A stretch of DNA of 64,000 bases, taken from the IMG/VR virus record IMGVR_UViG_3300005265_000028. One strand, 5' to 3'. Origin of the DNA: an uncultured virus (IMG/VR IMGVR_UViG_3300005265_000028). Lineage: Duplodnaviria; Heunggongvirae; Uroviricota; Caudoviricetes. The position numbers and the translations under genes are program-made. Of the stretch, positions 40,142 to 50,250 are shown piece by piece. Every line of letters starts with the position of its first letter. The stretch's first letter is position 1. Below the pieces are notes generated by a model. It was given only the letters and a program-made list of their open reading frames with translations, did not search any database and was not told the DNA's origin.

Positions 40142-41026
40142 TTATTCTCTGAATATACTTATATGGTCTTCGCCACAATGCTCGTGTGTTATCAGTATTA
40201 CTTGTTTGTTACAATATTCTGCGTAACAGCTCAATATCTTCATTAGTTCGCAATACTTAGCGATATGCAACTCAAACGTGTTGATAATGAATATGATATT
40301 ATGGTTACGGATGTTGTGTATCAACTCGAATAGTAAGCTGATTATATTCAGATCTGTTCTGTTCAGCTCTTTGCTGTTAACTGTGAATTCTTTGTTATGC
40401 ATCAGTATGGTCACGAATACTTCTGATCTGTTACCACGCTCGAATGATAATCTTATACGTATACCATCAGCTATATCGGTTAACACATTATTGATGTATT
40501 CATTAGTATATTCTAATGCTTCAGTTGGAGCTATATCGATCACATCTCTATGGTAAGCGAACAGATCAGACGCTACTTCGTTTATATCTCTGATTACTAT
40601 ATCATTAGGTATACATGCTAACGATAGTAATGTCTCATAATCTATTATACTGTATATTGGCCCGTTAGCGAACCTGAAGTTGACTAACGGGATCTTATCC
40701 TGCGCTATAGCAGCTATCTCAGCTTTGTTGAGAGTTTCCTGTTTAATCGTTATCTGTTTCTTACCAGTCTGTTTGCATTCTATAGAGAATATACCACGCT
40801 TAACATCGTTACGGTAACTAGCTGTCCTGCTGTTACCTGAATTGGCGTTGAGCGTATCAAGCTCCAGTTTGTGCCCCTTCCGTTTAGAACGTTTGTAGTG
40901 CTTGCTGCGTTTCGCAAGCTTCAGTTTCGATTGCCTGTGGCAACGCCAACAGACATCAGGGAAGTTGAGACACATATCAGCTATCTTGCATTGCTTCTTG
41001 AACTCTTCCGGCACATCATTGATCAT
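40142..41026 (-). CDS. Resolvase-like PD-(D/E)XK domain fused to degenerate SbcC/Rad50 C-terminal ATPase half
   Basis: N-terminal NSG...NDV....SIECKQTGKK; C-terminal DLNIISLLF...IIFIINTF...KQVILITH. Confidence 0.5.
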   Translation of the reverse strand: MINDVPEEFKKQCKIADMCLNFPDVCWRCHRQSKLKLAKRSKHYKRSKRKGHKLELDTLNANSGNSRTASYRNDVKRGIFSIECKQTGKKQITIKQETLNKAEIAAIAQDKIPLVNFRFANGPIYSIIDYETLLSLACIPNDIVIRDINEVASDLFAYHRDVIDIAPTEALEYTNEYINNVLTDIADGIRIRLSFERGNRSEVFVTILMHNKEFTVNSKELNRTDLNIISLLFELIHNIRNHNIIFIINTFELHIAKYCELMKILSCYAEYCNKQVILITHEHCGEDHISIFRE

Positions 41027-41543
41027 ACTTTATCTTCTCCGTTTCGTTCCTCAGTAATGACCCTTGACTCTGCAGCCCTCTCAACACATCATCGAATGTC
41101 CTTGATATCCTATCCAGCATCGCCGCTTTCTGTCTATACGATAATAGCATATCAGGCAAGTCAACAACTATCTGTTCCGTATGCTGGTTGAACGTTAAAC
41201 GTGACATATAATCTGGTTTCATCTTGAATTTCTTCAACAGTTTCAACGCTTCACCTTGCCGTTTCGCGTCATTATAGCCTCTGCCAACCGGCATCTTCGA
41301 TACGAGCATGGACATCTCGTCTTTATAGATATCTTTCAGTAACGATAGTTGAAAACTGTTAACCGCTTGGTAAGGTGCTAGCAGTAACTTAGCGGTATTG
41401 ATCTGTTCTATCCTGTTTATTATGTCTTCATGTGTTGGCGATTCCAGATATTCCATTTTCGCGATATCGAATATTGCTTCGATATCAGCTGTCCAGTCAT
41501 CGAATGACAGGTTTGCTATCTCCTCAAAGTTTTGTCTGAACAT
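41016..41543 (-). CDS. Hypothetical helical protein
   Basis: 175 aa with GGAGGAG RBS, inside the recombination cluster. Confidence 0.55.
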   Translation of the reverse strand: MFRQNFEEIANLSFDDWTADIEAIFDIAKMEYLESPTHEDIINRIEQINTAKLLLAPYQAVNSFQLSLLKDIYKDEMSMLVSKMPVGRGYNDAKRQGEALKLLKKFKMKPDYMSRLTFNQHTEQIVVDLPDMLLSYRQKAAMLDRISRTFDDVLRGLQSQGSLLRNETEKIKYDQ

Positions 41544-41559
41544 AATTTTAATACTCCTC

Positions 41560-41808
41560 CTATCCTATACGTCTGATATTATAAGCTGTTGCCTTAGCTT
41601 TCTTCGATACAGCTTCACGTACCATGAACACGACTGTATCGCCTTTACGTGGTTTGTAGCCACGTTTGATTGATGTCGCATGGAAAAATATCTCGCGTTT
41701 CGTTATATCCCTGTATGCTTCATCTATACGTACGAACCCGTAACGTTTCTTCCTTGAGAACCATACAACTTCGCCCAGATATTCTTTATCAGCTGACAAT
41801 ATGATCAC
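41560..41808 (-). CDS. Cold-shock domain protein
   Basis: GEVVWFSRKKRYGFV...EIFFHATSI...KGDTVVF...ATAYNI. Confidence 0.85.
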   Translation of the reverse strand: MIILSADKEYLGEVVWFSRKKRYGFVRIDEAYRDITKREIFFHATSIKRGYKPRKGDTVVFMVREAVSKKAKATAYNIRRIG

Positions 41809-42542
41809 CTGCCTATCGCTTCGAGTACAGTGCTCTTTATATGCGCAGAACGTAACCGCACCTGTTCTGTATAGTACTTGTATTTGTTACTTTTATGTTT
41901 ATATGCTTGTATACGTGCCAGGTTAAGCTTTATAACGTCCGATGGGTTATAAGTAACATATACTGCCTTATCATTATAGCGTGGTATTTGTTCATCTATC
42001 TCGTATATACGTGAGAATAACGCATATGTTGATAGTTTTCCAAACGCTATAATGCAATCATATTCTATAGCGCTGAGCTCTCTCATCAACCGTGCGTTAC
42101 ATGCTTTTATCTCTGCTATCGTTGGTGCCCTGTCTGCTGGTGTCATACATTTGACCACACTTGTTATATAGAACTCGTCACGCGATATGTTATTCTCTCT
42201 GAAGAACTTGTTCAGGAACTGACCAGCTGTGTTGAAATACGCTTGCTTATATGATAGTTCTATACCGTGTTCACCTTCTATGTATTCACATTCCAACCGC
42301 CAATCGCTCGAAGGTGTCATTGTAAGATAATAACCGAAACAGAACGGCATGTTCTTACAGTTACCACAACGTGAAGCGAATAACTCAGACATGCCGCTCA
42401 TTATTATCCCGGTACGTATATCAACATAGTTCGGGGAATACGTCAGTATCACATATTTACATCTCTTTCTATCACACTGCTGCTCTATAAACGGTGAATC
42501 GTTATAGAGATACAACTCACAATCACATCTACGTATTGTCAT
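41805..42542 (-). CDS. Uracil-DNA glycosylase family-4-like protein, degenerate active site
   Basis: AGQFLN, YITSVVKC.....RAPT..EI.AC, IIAFGK and TYNPS are present; GEAPG and the HP motif are altered. Confidence 0.65.
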   Translation of the reverse strand: MTIRRCDCELYLYNDSPFIEQQCDRKRCKYVILTYSPNYVDIRTGIIMSGMSELFASRCGNCKNMPFCFGYYLTMTPSSDWRLECEYIEGEHGIELSYKQAYFNTAGQFLNKFFRENNISRDEFYITSVVKCMTPADRAPTIAEIKACNARLMRELSAIEYDCIIAFGKLSTYALFSRIYEIDEQIPRYNDKAVYVTYNPSDVIKLNLARIQAYKHKSNKYKYYTEQVRLRSAHIKSTVLEAIGR

Positions 42543-43615
42543 TCTTCATTACCGCCTCTCTGCGCAGCCAGCACACGTTCTCTGTATTCCGAATAGTCGA
42601 GTGTGCTCAGATATCCACATAGAGCATCTATACCTTTGAATTTCTTGTTATCCAGAGTATAGTATACACCTTTCTGTATTATAATACCAGTCTGTAACCC
42701 AGCTTTGTACATATCGTAGATGTTATCGAGCCCTATACCAGCGATTAATCTGAACTTGAACGTATTCCCTTTACAACTCGCAGCTGACACTTTCGATTTG
42801 TCTATGAAACCCTCGCAGCTATGGCCGATCTGTTCGTAATCTGAACGCACATCGCCGCTACGATATATTATTCGTTTCCCGTGTCGGTAGACCCTATCGG
42901 CTTTAGCGAGACGTTTCTGTAGAAATATAGATACATGCATGTAATAACGTAACGCCTGACCACCCATAGGCTGCAAGTTATTACCATAGCGTTGCCCTAT
43001 ATTGGTGCGCGGTTGGTTGATTATTATTACACTCTTACGATGTAACGGATCCCTGTTCATCATGTTGAGCAGCTTCGGTAAGTTCTGGCTCAGGAATAAC
43101 GATAACGAGCCAATCTTTTCTGGCTCATCAGCTGATTTCTCTAACTCAGCTATCGGTTTCATACCCGGCAGACTATCGATAACGAATAAACGCGCGTAAT
43201 TCTTAGCCATAACAGCTTCCATAGTCGCCATTATAGCCTCTCCACCGAACACGTTCTGAGCTGGCAGTAACCTGTCTATATTCACACCATGTAACTTCAT
43301 GTATCCCTCATCATATGTCTGCTCAAGATTGAAATACATCGCTAACTCATCGGGATACTTACGTTGGTACTCAGCTATTATATTGAACGCTAAGGTGGTT
43401 TTGCCGGAACCATTATCACCCCATATATGGATTATCTTGCCATCAGGGATCGGTAACCCGCCACACTCCATCGCCAGGTCCAGTGTCAGGCAGCCAGTTG
43501 GACACACATTACGTTGTATAGCTTCAGGCGGAACGTCGCAGGCCCGATATATAGCATACTTGTTCTTCAGGCCTGCGTTTATCTCTTTTATTACATCTTC
43601 TATCTTAGTAGCCAT
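42539..43615 (-). CDS. recA: RecA/UvsX-like recombinase
   Basis: PTGCLTLDLAM..GGLP, GDNGSGKTT, FVIDSL, IINQPR, GGQALRYY. Confidence 0.9.
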   Translation of the reverse strand: MATKIEDVIKEINAGLKNKYAIYRACDVPPEAIQRNVCPTGCLTLDLAMECGGLPIPDGKIIHIWGDNGSGKTTLAFNIIAEYQRKYPDELAMYFNLEQTYDEGYMKLHGVNIDRLLPAQNVFGGEAIMATMEAVMAKNYARLFVIDSLPGMKPIAELEKSADEPEKIGSLSLFLSQNLPKLLNMMNRDPLHRKSVIIINQPRTNIGQRYGNNLQPMGGQALRYYMHVSIFLQKRLAKADRVYRHGKRIIYRSGDVRSDYEQIGHSCEGFIDKSKVSAASCKGNTFKFRLIAGIGLDNIYDMYKAGLQTGIIIQKGVYYTLDNKKFKGIDALCGYLSTLDYSEYRERVLAAQRGGNEE

Positions 43616-43626
43616 GTTCCACCTAC

Positions 43627-44028
43627 CTAACCGATATCAGCCATATCTATGTCTTCCTCAGTATCTTCCTGTTGATTCGTCGATTGCTGACTACCACTAC
43701 GACGCGGTAACTCGAAATCCAGTATGTTAACGAATAACGAATACGTACCACTATTCTCGTTATATGATGGGGTGCCTCGTAACTCGAACTGGATACTATA
43801 GAGCGTATCTTTCTTACTCAAATCCAGCATACTCTCCCAGTTCTTCTTCGGGCCCCAATAGGTGCCGTTGATATACAAAACCTTTTCTTCTTTATCTCTA
43901 CCGTCATAGATGAATGTCATCAACGGTAGTTTTATGTATCTGATATTATCGTTATCATCAAGGATATAGTCATCGTCCGTCATATCCCTTGATATCAAAG
44001 CTTTTGTGATAGTACCGAATAGTTTCAT
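43627..44028 (-). CDS. Putative SSB-like OB-fold protein with acidic tail
   Basis: MKLFGTI start, YINGTYWG, acidic C-terminus EDTEEDID; adjacent to recA. Confidence 0.45.
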   Translation of the reverse strand: MKLFGTITKALISRDMTDDDYILDDNDNIRYIKLPLMTFIYDGRDKEEKVLYINGTYWGPKKNWESMLDLSKKDTLYSIQFELRGTPSYNENSGTYSLFVNILDFELPRRSGSQQSTNQQEDTEEDIDMADIG

Positions 44029-44066
44029 AACTCCTCCTTATATTTAACTAATATTTTTTATCATAA

Positions 44067-45554
44067 TCATTTATTATCTATTAGCTTATAGATGCTAGCT
44101 AACTCTTTTATATCTTCTATGTACCATACGGTCATAGCACGTTCACCATAAGCTGACAGACGTTTACGCCACTTACTCACAAGCATCCCGCCGACATCTG
44201 TGTCATTAAGTATGAACTCGTCTCGATCGTATATATCATATATTATAGGACTACCCTTATCAGCTGATACCCGTTCGATACGACCGATTGATTGTTCCAC
44301 TGTCTTCTTGTTCTTAACTGGTGTGGCGAATACTAAAGCTTCGAGTGTAGGCATATCCAGACCCTCTTCAGCTTTACCATAAGTGGCTATTAATATAAAA
44401 CTTTCGTCACGGTTATAATCAAACTTCAGGTTACTATGCAGCTTATATATCTTATGCTTGAAACCTTTTATATCAGCTGAATATGCTATCAGCCGGTCAT
44501 ACAGATGATCGCAATGCGCTATGTAACGCGATAGTATCAGTATCTGTTTGTGTCGCTTCGTAGCAGCAAGCGTTAACTCTGCGATATCATGGTTACGTTT
44601 CCCGTTGAATATTAGCTCTTTCATGAGCTTATTGTTATCATTACCGTGTTCATGTTTGAACTCGCGTTTCAGTGCTATCACATCAGCTTTCATTATATGG
44701 TTCGATTCGATTAACCGTTCGTGTGTTATACGATGTAGCTCACGGCCTATTATGCAATACAACATACCATCTAACTCGTCACGCCTATATGGTGTAGCAG
44801 TCAAACCGAACCGGTACTTAGCTTTGAACCGTGAGATCACTTGCCATGTTTCAGCTGCACTATGATGCGCTTCGTCGATCACTAGACATCCAACGTGGTT
44901 GTATATATCATAAGTTTCGTCTTTGCTATGTTCGGAGCGTAACACTACATTATCTGTTATATTATTTATCGACTGTATCGTTGCTACAGTTAGCTTACGA
45001 CCTATAGTCTTTTTGTTGCTGGCTATGATACCGATATCTTTTTTGTCTATATTAGTGAACCTTTTGAATACATTTATAGTCTGATGTATGAGTTCTATCT
45101 TATGTGTCAACCATAATACCGGTGTTTCCGCAAGAACCGCTAGCATCATACCCATAACGGTCTTGCCTGAGCCAGCTGGGCTAACAAGTATACCCTGCGA
45201 ACGTTTGAAACACGCATCAACTGCTTCCAGTTGATATTCATACGGTTCAAAGCTGTCAGTAAACATTATGGGCTCGTTAATCTCCGGTTTTATACGTCTA
45301 TCACGTATGACAGGCTTCACGTTATACTTGAGTGCCAGTTCATACGCATCACGCGTCATCCCGCGATGTAACGCTATCGAATCATCGCTCTCTGTATATA
45401 GATATATGTTCTTCTTGAGATACCCGGCATACAGGCCACGCGATACACGTCGCCTGTACTCTGGGTTCATAAATGTTGATAACCCTTTGAGCTCCATCCT
45501 TACTTTCTCTGGCGCATCATACAATGTGCACATATTATCTAATACTATGTCCAT
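44067..45554 (-). CDS. Superfamily 2 (DEAH) helicase
   Basis: YEYQ, SPAGSGKT, IDEAHH, GLTATP, EGLDMP, QSIGRIER. Confidence 0.9.
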   Translation of the reverse strand: MDIVLDNMCTLYDAPEKVRMELKGLSTFMNPEYRRRVSRGLYAGYLKKNIYLYTESDDSIALHRGMTRDAYELALKYNVKPVIRDRRIKPEINEPIMFTDSFEPYEYQLEAVDACFKRSQGILVSPAGSGKTVMGMMLAVLAETPVLWLTHKIELIHQTINVFKRFTNIDKKDIGIIASNKKTIGRKLTVATIQSINNITDNVVLRSEHSKDETYDIYNHVGCLVIDEAHHSAAETWQVISRFKAKYRFGLTATPYRRDELDGMLYCIIGRELHRITHERLIESNHIMKADVIALKREFKHEHGNDNNKLMKELIFNGKRNHDIAELTLAATKRHKQILILSRYIAHCDHLYDRLIAYSADIKGFKHKIYKLHSNLKFDYNRDESFILIATYGKAEEGLDMPTLEALVFATPVKNKKTVEQSIGRIERVSADKGSPIIYDIYDRDEFILNDTDVGGMLVSKWRKRLSAYGERAMTVWYIEDIKELASIYKLIDNK

Positions 45555-45979
45555 GGCACCTCTCCACTCTCCTCTAGCTCATGGTCGTCAATAACAACAA
45601 TGGCCAGAGGAAATACACAAGCGTATTTCTCGCGTTTCGTTATACCAGCTGAAATCAGCATATTCGTTACTACCAGGATATGCTGCCCCATAACAGCGGT
45701 TAGTTCGCCTGCTGCTATGTATTGATGTAATGGGTTTGAATAATCGATTACTGCATATAACACGTTATTGTTATTGCGACTATTCGTTAGTTTCGTATTA
45801 TTCGATAATACCAGTAACGATTTATCTCTATCCTGCGGTAATAGAAGCTGTCCGATGCCATATATAACACTTGTTCTTGTTTCAGCTGAGTTATATACAT
45901 TAGCTACGTATTCATCAACTGTAACTATTGCGCCTTTCTCTATGTTACGCATTATGTATTCCTCTGCTTTTTCGTTCAT
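45545..45979 (-). CDS. Hypothetical protein (possible OB fold)
   Basis: 144-aa ORF tiled in the operon. Confidence 0.5.
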   Translation of the reverse strand: MNEKAEEYIMRNIEKGAIVTVDEYVANVYNSAETRTSVIYGIGQLLLPQDRDKSLLVLSNNTKLTNSRNNNNVLYAVIDYSNPLHQYIAAGELTAVMGQHILVVTNMLISAGITKREKYACVFPLAIVVIDDHELEESGEVPWT

Positions 45980-46330
45980 TTACATCATCCTTTTGTATCT
46001 ATTTATTCTCATCATCGTATAACCTATACGTCTCAATGGAGTCAATAATCCGAACAATATCCTCGCAACCGTGCCTCTGGGCCTGAAGAACGTTAGAAGA
46101 TTAACAAGTATTATGAGCCCATCGATGCATACACTTGCTGCATTAAATAACTTGAATGCTTTCTGTCTACGTCTGAACGAACGTCTCCTGCGTTCCTGTT
46201 GTTCACCTTTGAATGTTCCGTCGTAGACACCAGCATTCTGTCTCATGAAGTCGTTGAAGTCATCATACCTATCATAATTGTTATAACTATGGTAACCGGC
46301 CATACCCTTTGTATATACCTCCTTATACAA
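45980..46330 (-). CDS. Hypothetical protein with hydrophobic C-terminal segment
   Basis: ORF of up to 116 aa; true start probably ATG ~46303 after AGGAGG. Confidence 0.45.
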   Translation of the reverse strand: MYKEVYTKGMAGYHSYNNYDRYDDFNDFMRQNAGVYDGTFKGEQQERRRRSFRRRQKAFKLFNAASVCIDGLIILVNLLTFFRPRGTVARILFGLLTPLRRIGYTMMRINRYKRMM

Positions 46331-46351
46331 ATATTTTTTGTTATAGCTTAA

Positions 46352-46837
46352 TTATTTATTATTTATTATATCAACGAGATCGTTATAGCTAAGTGTTATC
46401 AACCATTCGCTACGGTTCCTACGTTTAACTATCACAGGTATTGTCGGTTTATTGTTAATATCATACCTGTCGATCGTAGTATACAGTTGTTTATCGAAGA
46501 ACTTCATGCTTTCACTGGCCTCGAATGAGCTAAGCTCTTCGAGTGAAACATCCTTGTATTTGACTAACCTGAAGAATGTATTAGCCAGCATGGTAACCAG
46601 TTCATCTTTTATCACTATATCATTAAGCATGAGCTTCTTGTAATCCATAGCGAACGAATCTTTATAGTATTTCACTTCAACTACTAACGCATACCCGTTA
46701 ATATAAGCTATTACATCGTTCTTGATATCTGGACATATACCGCTACCAGTACGGATAGCCTCATAACCATAAGACTCGAACAGAGCTTTTACTTCACGTT
46801 CCGCTCTATTTCCTTTTGTCCTGCTTTTCTTTGCCAT
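46352..46837 (-). CDS. Hjc-type Holliday junction resolvase
   Basis: MAKKSRTKGNRAEREV...GYEAIR..SG...DVIA.....VVEVK. Confidence 0.8.
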   Translation of the reverse strand: MAKKSRTKGNRAEREVKALFESYGYEAIRTGSGICPDIKNDVIAYINGYALVVEVKYYKDSFAMDYKKLMLNDIVIKDELVTMLANTFFRLVKYKDVSLEELSSFEASESMKFFDKQLYTTIDRYDINNKPTIPVIVKRRNRSEWLITLSYNDLVDIINNK

Positions 46838-47111
46838 CCTTCTTACCTTTCTGTTTCGGTTTCTGTTCTTTCTGTTCCTTTTGTTTCTTTGGCTTCTTAT
46901 GCTTGAACTCCACAGTAGAAGAGCCCGTATGCAACACCAACGGCACATTTGTGGTTTCACCATCATTCTTGTCGATGATGATCTTGAATGTACCCTTCGT
47001 GTTGAGAAGAGTTGTAAGTAATACTAACAATTCATGCCGCGATAAATCCTTGTTTGACTCGAATAATTTATCACCAGCTCCAAGTGATAGTTTAAACATT
47101 ATTTGTGTCAC
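46806..47111 (-). CDS. Small protein with basic low-complexity (KQKE) tail
   Basis: AGGAG RBS; KKPKKQKEQKEQKPKQKGKK. Confidence 0.5.
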   Translation of the reverse strand: MTQIMFKLSLGAGDKLFESNKDLSRHELLVLLTTLLNTKGTFKIIIDKNDGETTNVPLVLHTGSSTVEFKHKKPKKQKEQKEQKPKQKGKKDGKEKQDKRK

Positions 47112-47599
47112 TCCTTTTTTATATTTTCAGCTGACTTGCTCAGCAAATAGTTCTTAAGCGATTCTGTGCTATAGACCTCATAGGTATGTACAGAATACCG
47201 GTTGCATATGGCACGGAATAGTTTAGCGCTATTATATATTTCTGGTGGTTTAAGTTTCCGTGTTACCAGCACTATCCTTGAGTTATACGTTTTTATGAAT
47301 TTGTATAACTCATATGTTGAGTTGAATATATTATGTTCAATTACCGGTAATATCGGTAAAGCTTTCCGTATGATATAGCTTAGCAACATGCGGTTCATAT
47401 CATTATTGATAACGTATACGTATTTGTTGTTGAACGTTCTTATGGCTACTAATCCGTTATCATCTACATATTCTATCATATTATATCTGTTTATGCCAGT
47501 TATATTATTTGATTTACTAGATATTACGGCAGCTGATACAGGCAATTTATCTATCGCTTCTATCATGCTGCCGTAATACACATATAAATAATTAACCAT
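47108..47599 (-). CDS. Hypothetical protein
   Basis: ORF between RNR and the next gene; start at ATG 47599, just after the RNR stop. Confidence 0.5.
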   Translation of the reverse strand: MVNYLYVYYGSMIEAIDKLPVSAAVISSKSNNITGINRYNMIEYVDDNGLVAIRTFNNKYVYVINNDMNRMLLSYIIRKALPILPVIEHNIFNSTYELYKFIKTYNSRIVLVTRKLKPPEIYNSAKLFRAICNRYSVHTYEVYSTESLKNYLLSKSAENIKKE

Positions 47600-47603
47600 A
47601 CTA

Positions 47604-49733
47604 TCACAACGAACATACTGAATAGCCGCATTCCATACACATCTTACAACTCTCACGATATACAAGCGCGTTACCGCATTCCGGACAAGGCATGTAATTA
47701 TTTATTACCTGTTCGTTCCTTGAGTTGTGACGATATACTGTTATGCTTTTACAGCCCATCTCATGCGCCAATACATAGGCGCGTTTGACATCTTCGACAG
47801 TCGCATCTTCTGGCATATTGATCGTTTTGCTTATCGCGCCGTCAACGTATTCCTGACACGCAGCTTGCATCTTTATATGCCATTCATACGAGATATCTCT
47901 AGCTGTAACGAATACATCTTTCACATCAGCTGGTATACTATCGATATCCTGGATCGAACCGGTTACAGCGATCTCTTCTATCAGCTTGTTGCTATAGAAT
48001 CCTCTTTCCTTAGCTACTCGCTCGAACTGTTCGTTCACCATGAATAACGAATCACCGTCCAGTATATTCTCTTTCCGATAGACTATAGCAGCAATCGGTT
48101 CTATACCATATGAACAGCCAGCTATCATCGCACGACTGCCTGTTGGCGCTATGACCAACAGCTGTTTGTTCATATCGTGTTTACGTTCGATTGCCACTTG
48201 TGTGGCTGCTAGCTCCGCATAAGTCTTTATCTTACTCATGAGAGCACGCATGACAACCAAGCCGTGTTCGCTGTTATACTTTATGCCCATCTTCACTAAC
48301 ATATCTGCGAAACCCATCACGCCGAGCCCGATCTTTCTGGTCAGCTGGGTAGCATACTTGATGCTGTTTAATACATAATCGTTCATATCGATTATAGTGT
48401 CCAAGAACTTAACTGCTAGCGTTGTGATACGTTTCAGCTGACTGTAATCAATCTCACCGTTACCGTTTACTAACCTTGAAACATTTATCGCACCAAGTAT
48501 ACAACTCTCATATGGTAACGCCCAGAACTCACCACAGTTATGTACAACTAAACCCTCGACTACACCGAGATGGTCTGAGTTATCGATAGAGAAGTCGTAT
48601 ACATCAGCTGAACCTAGTTCACGTATCTCGTCTATCGGCTCAGTATAACCGTGTCCATAACGTTTTAACGGCCTGCTCATCATCTCGGACGCCTGCATCA
48701 CAACACCATTGGTTGTTACTAGCTTATGGTCAGGAGTACATTTCAGTAACAGCTGACCATCTGCATATAACCCTATAACTTGTTTATGACCACTATAGAC
48801 TATTCGACCGTTACAGATATTGTTCTGCCAGTCTCTTAGCTTACAAGCGCCCCTGTTTGTCTTTATGAGCTCACCGAACGTTTTGTAACCTTCAGCTGTC
48901 AATATCTTCATATCAGCTGTAAAACATGGATTAGATGACTCTATCCTTCCGAGACTCGGTGTTGGGTTATACTTGTTGATAGTATCTATGAACCCTATAC
49001 CAGGCTCGCCGTTCTTCCATGCTTGGTATGCTATACGATCAAGCAACGCTCTGGCGTCTACATGTCTAACAACTTTGCCGGTACGCGGGTTGATCAATGG
49101 GAACATCTTACCGAGCTTAACGCATTCCATGAACTCGTCAGTTACTGTAACCGTTATATTGAATGTTTCCAGAGCACCCTCTTCGTTCTTACATGTTATG
49201 AATTCCTCGATATCAGGATGTGTAACAGATAATACCGCCATATTAGCACCCTTACGACGACCGCCTTGTTTGATACTGTGTGTAGCGCTATTGAACACTC
49301 GCATAAACGATATGGGACCACTGGCAACACCGTTTGAACTACGTACTATATCACCTTTAGGTCTTATAGATGAGAACGAGAAACCTGTGCCACCACCACT
49401 CTGGTTGATTAATGCAGATGATTTGATAGCATCGAATATTTCCTCTATCGAATCACCAACAGGTAGAATGAAACAGGCGGATAGATTCTTTATCGGTGTA
49501 CCGGCATTCATTAAGGTTGGTGAATTAGGGAGAAATAATAGGTTACTCATGATATCGTAGTACTCGTTGGATAACTGCTTCATATCTTCAAGCGACATAT
49601 CAGCTGAATAGCCGCTTGCAATATAACTAGCAACACGCCTGAACATCTGCTGGGGTGTCTCAATAATATTGTTGTTCTCATCCTTGAGTAAATATCGTTT
49701 GTTAAGGATGAATTTAGCATTACTACTAAGCAT
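47604..49733 (-). CDS. nrdJ: Class II (B12-dependent) ribonucleotide reductase with intein
   Basis: FLPNSPTLMNAG, LSACF, GGGTG, QGGRRKGANM, GEPG, NP[intein]CGE, ESCILG, RKIGLGVMG, IAPTG, AISKTIN, C-terminal CPECG...C..CG. Confidence 0.9.
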   Translation of the reverse strand: MLSSNAKFILNKRYLLKDENNNIIETPQQMFRRVASYIASGYSADMSLEDMKQLSNEYYDIMSNLLFLPNSPTLMNAGTPIKNLSACFILPVGDSIEEIFDAIKSSALINQSGGGTGFSFSSIRPKGDIVRSSNGVASGPISFMRVFNSATHSIKQGGRRKGANMAVLSVTHPDIEEFITCKNEEGALETFNITVTVTDEFMECVKLGKMFPLINPRTGKVVRHVDARALLDRIAYQAWKNGEPGIGFIDTINKYNPTPSLGRIESSNPCFTADMKILTAEGYKTFGELIKTNRGACKLRDWQNNICNGRIVYSGHKQVIGLYADGQLLLKCTPDHKLVTTNGVVMQASEMMSRPLKRYGHGYTEPIDEIRELGSADVYDFSIDNSDHLGVVEGLVVHNCGEFWALPYESCILGAINVSRLVNGNGEIDYSQLKRITTLAVKFLDTIIDMNDYVLNSIKYATQLTRKIGLGVMGFADMLVKMGIKYNSEHGLVVMRALMSKIKTYAELAATQVAIERKHDMNKQLLVIAPTGSRAMIAGCSYGIEPIAAIVYRKENILDGDSLFMVNEQFERVAKERGFYSNKLIEEIAVTGSIQDIDSIPADVKDVFVTARDISYEWHIKMQAACQEYVDGAISKTINMPEDATVEDVKRAYVLAHEMGCKSITVYRHNSRNEQVINNYMPCPECGNALVYRESCKMCMECGYSVCSL
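48537..48926 (-). mobile_element. 130-aa mini-intein (no homing endonuclease) at the RNR NP|CGE active site
   Basis: Begins CFTADMKILT, block B CTPDH, block F VYDFSI, ends VVHN followed by Cys. Confidence 0.92.
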
Positions 49734-49761
49734 TAAAACATCTCTCCTATACAATTACAAT

Positions 49762-50208
49762 TTATCTCAAACTATTTATTAACTCTATAGCTGCACGCTC
49801 AGCTTCACTTATAGAACGGCTAGCTTCTTTGAGTAACTTGTCGTTATCAACTGTCCTGGAAAGTTTTAGTTCTTCTACCTGGCGTTCCAATTCTTCTATT
49901 CTGGACAGATGTTTGCTTATCTGTTCGACGAATATCTTTGTTATACGTTCGATCGTATCGTTAAACCTATTAATTATCTGTTCGATAGCATTATCGTTAT
50001 TATCAATGTTATTAATATTATCGATTGGTTGCATAATATATTCCTCCTTTTCGTTATCTTGTTCGTTCAGATATTTGTATATATTGATATATCTGCCAAC
50101 TGTCGAACGGCTAACACCGTATTGTTCAGCTATATCAATATAACGTGAGCCGGACCTGTGAAGGTCATACCATTCCCTCATGTATTTATGATACTTAGAG
50201 ACACGCAT
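49762..50208 (-). CDS. HTH DNA-binding protein with coiled coil
   Basis: GSRYIDIAEQYGVSRSTVGRY plus a heptad C-terminal half. Confidence 0.7.
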   Translation of the reverse strand: MRVSKYHKYMREWYDLHRSGSRYIDIAEQYGVSRSTVGRYINIYKYLNEQDNEKEEYIMQPIDNINNIDNNDNAIEQIINRFNDTIERITKIFVEQISKHLSRIEELERQVEELKLSRTVDNDKLLKEASRSISEAERAAIELINSLR

Positions 50209-50250
50209 ATCTTTCCTGGTCCTCCATAACTATAGTTGTGATTAATATAA

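Noticed and set aside
46840..46895. Short ctgtt/ttctg repeats
   Set aside because: Explained by the KQKE low-complexity protein tail.
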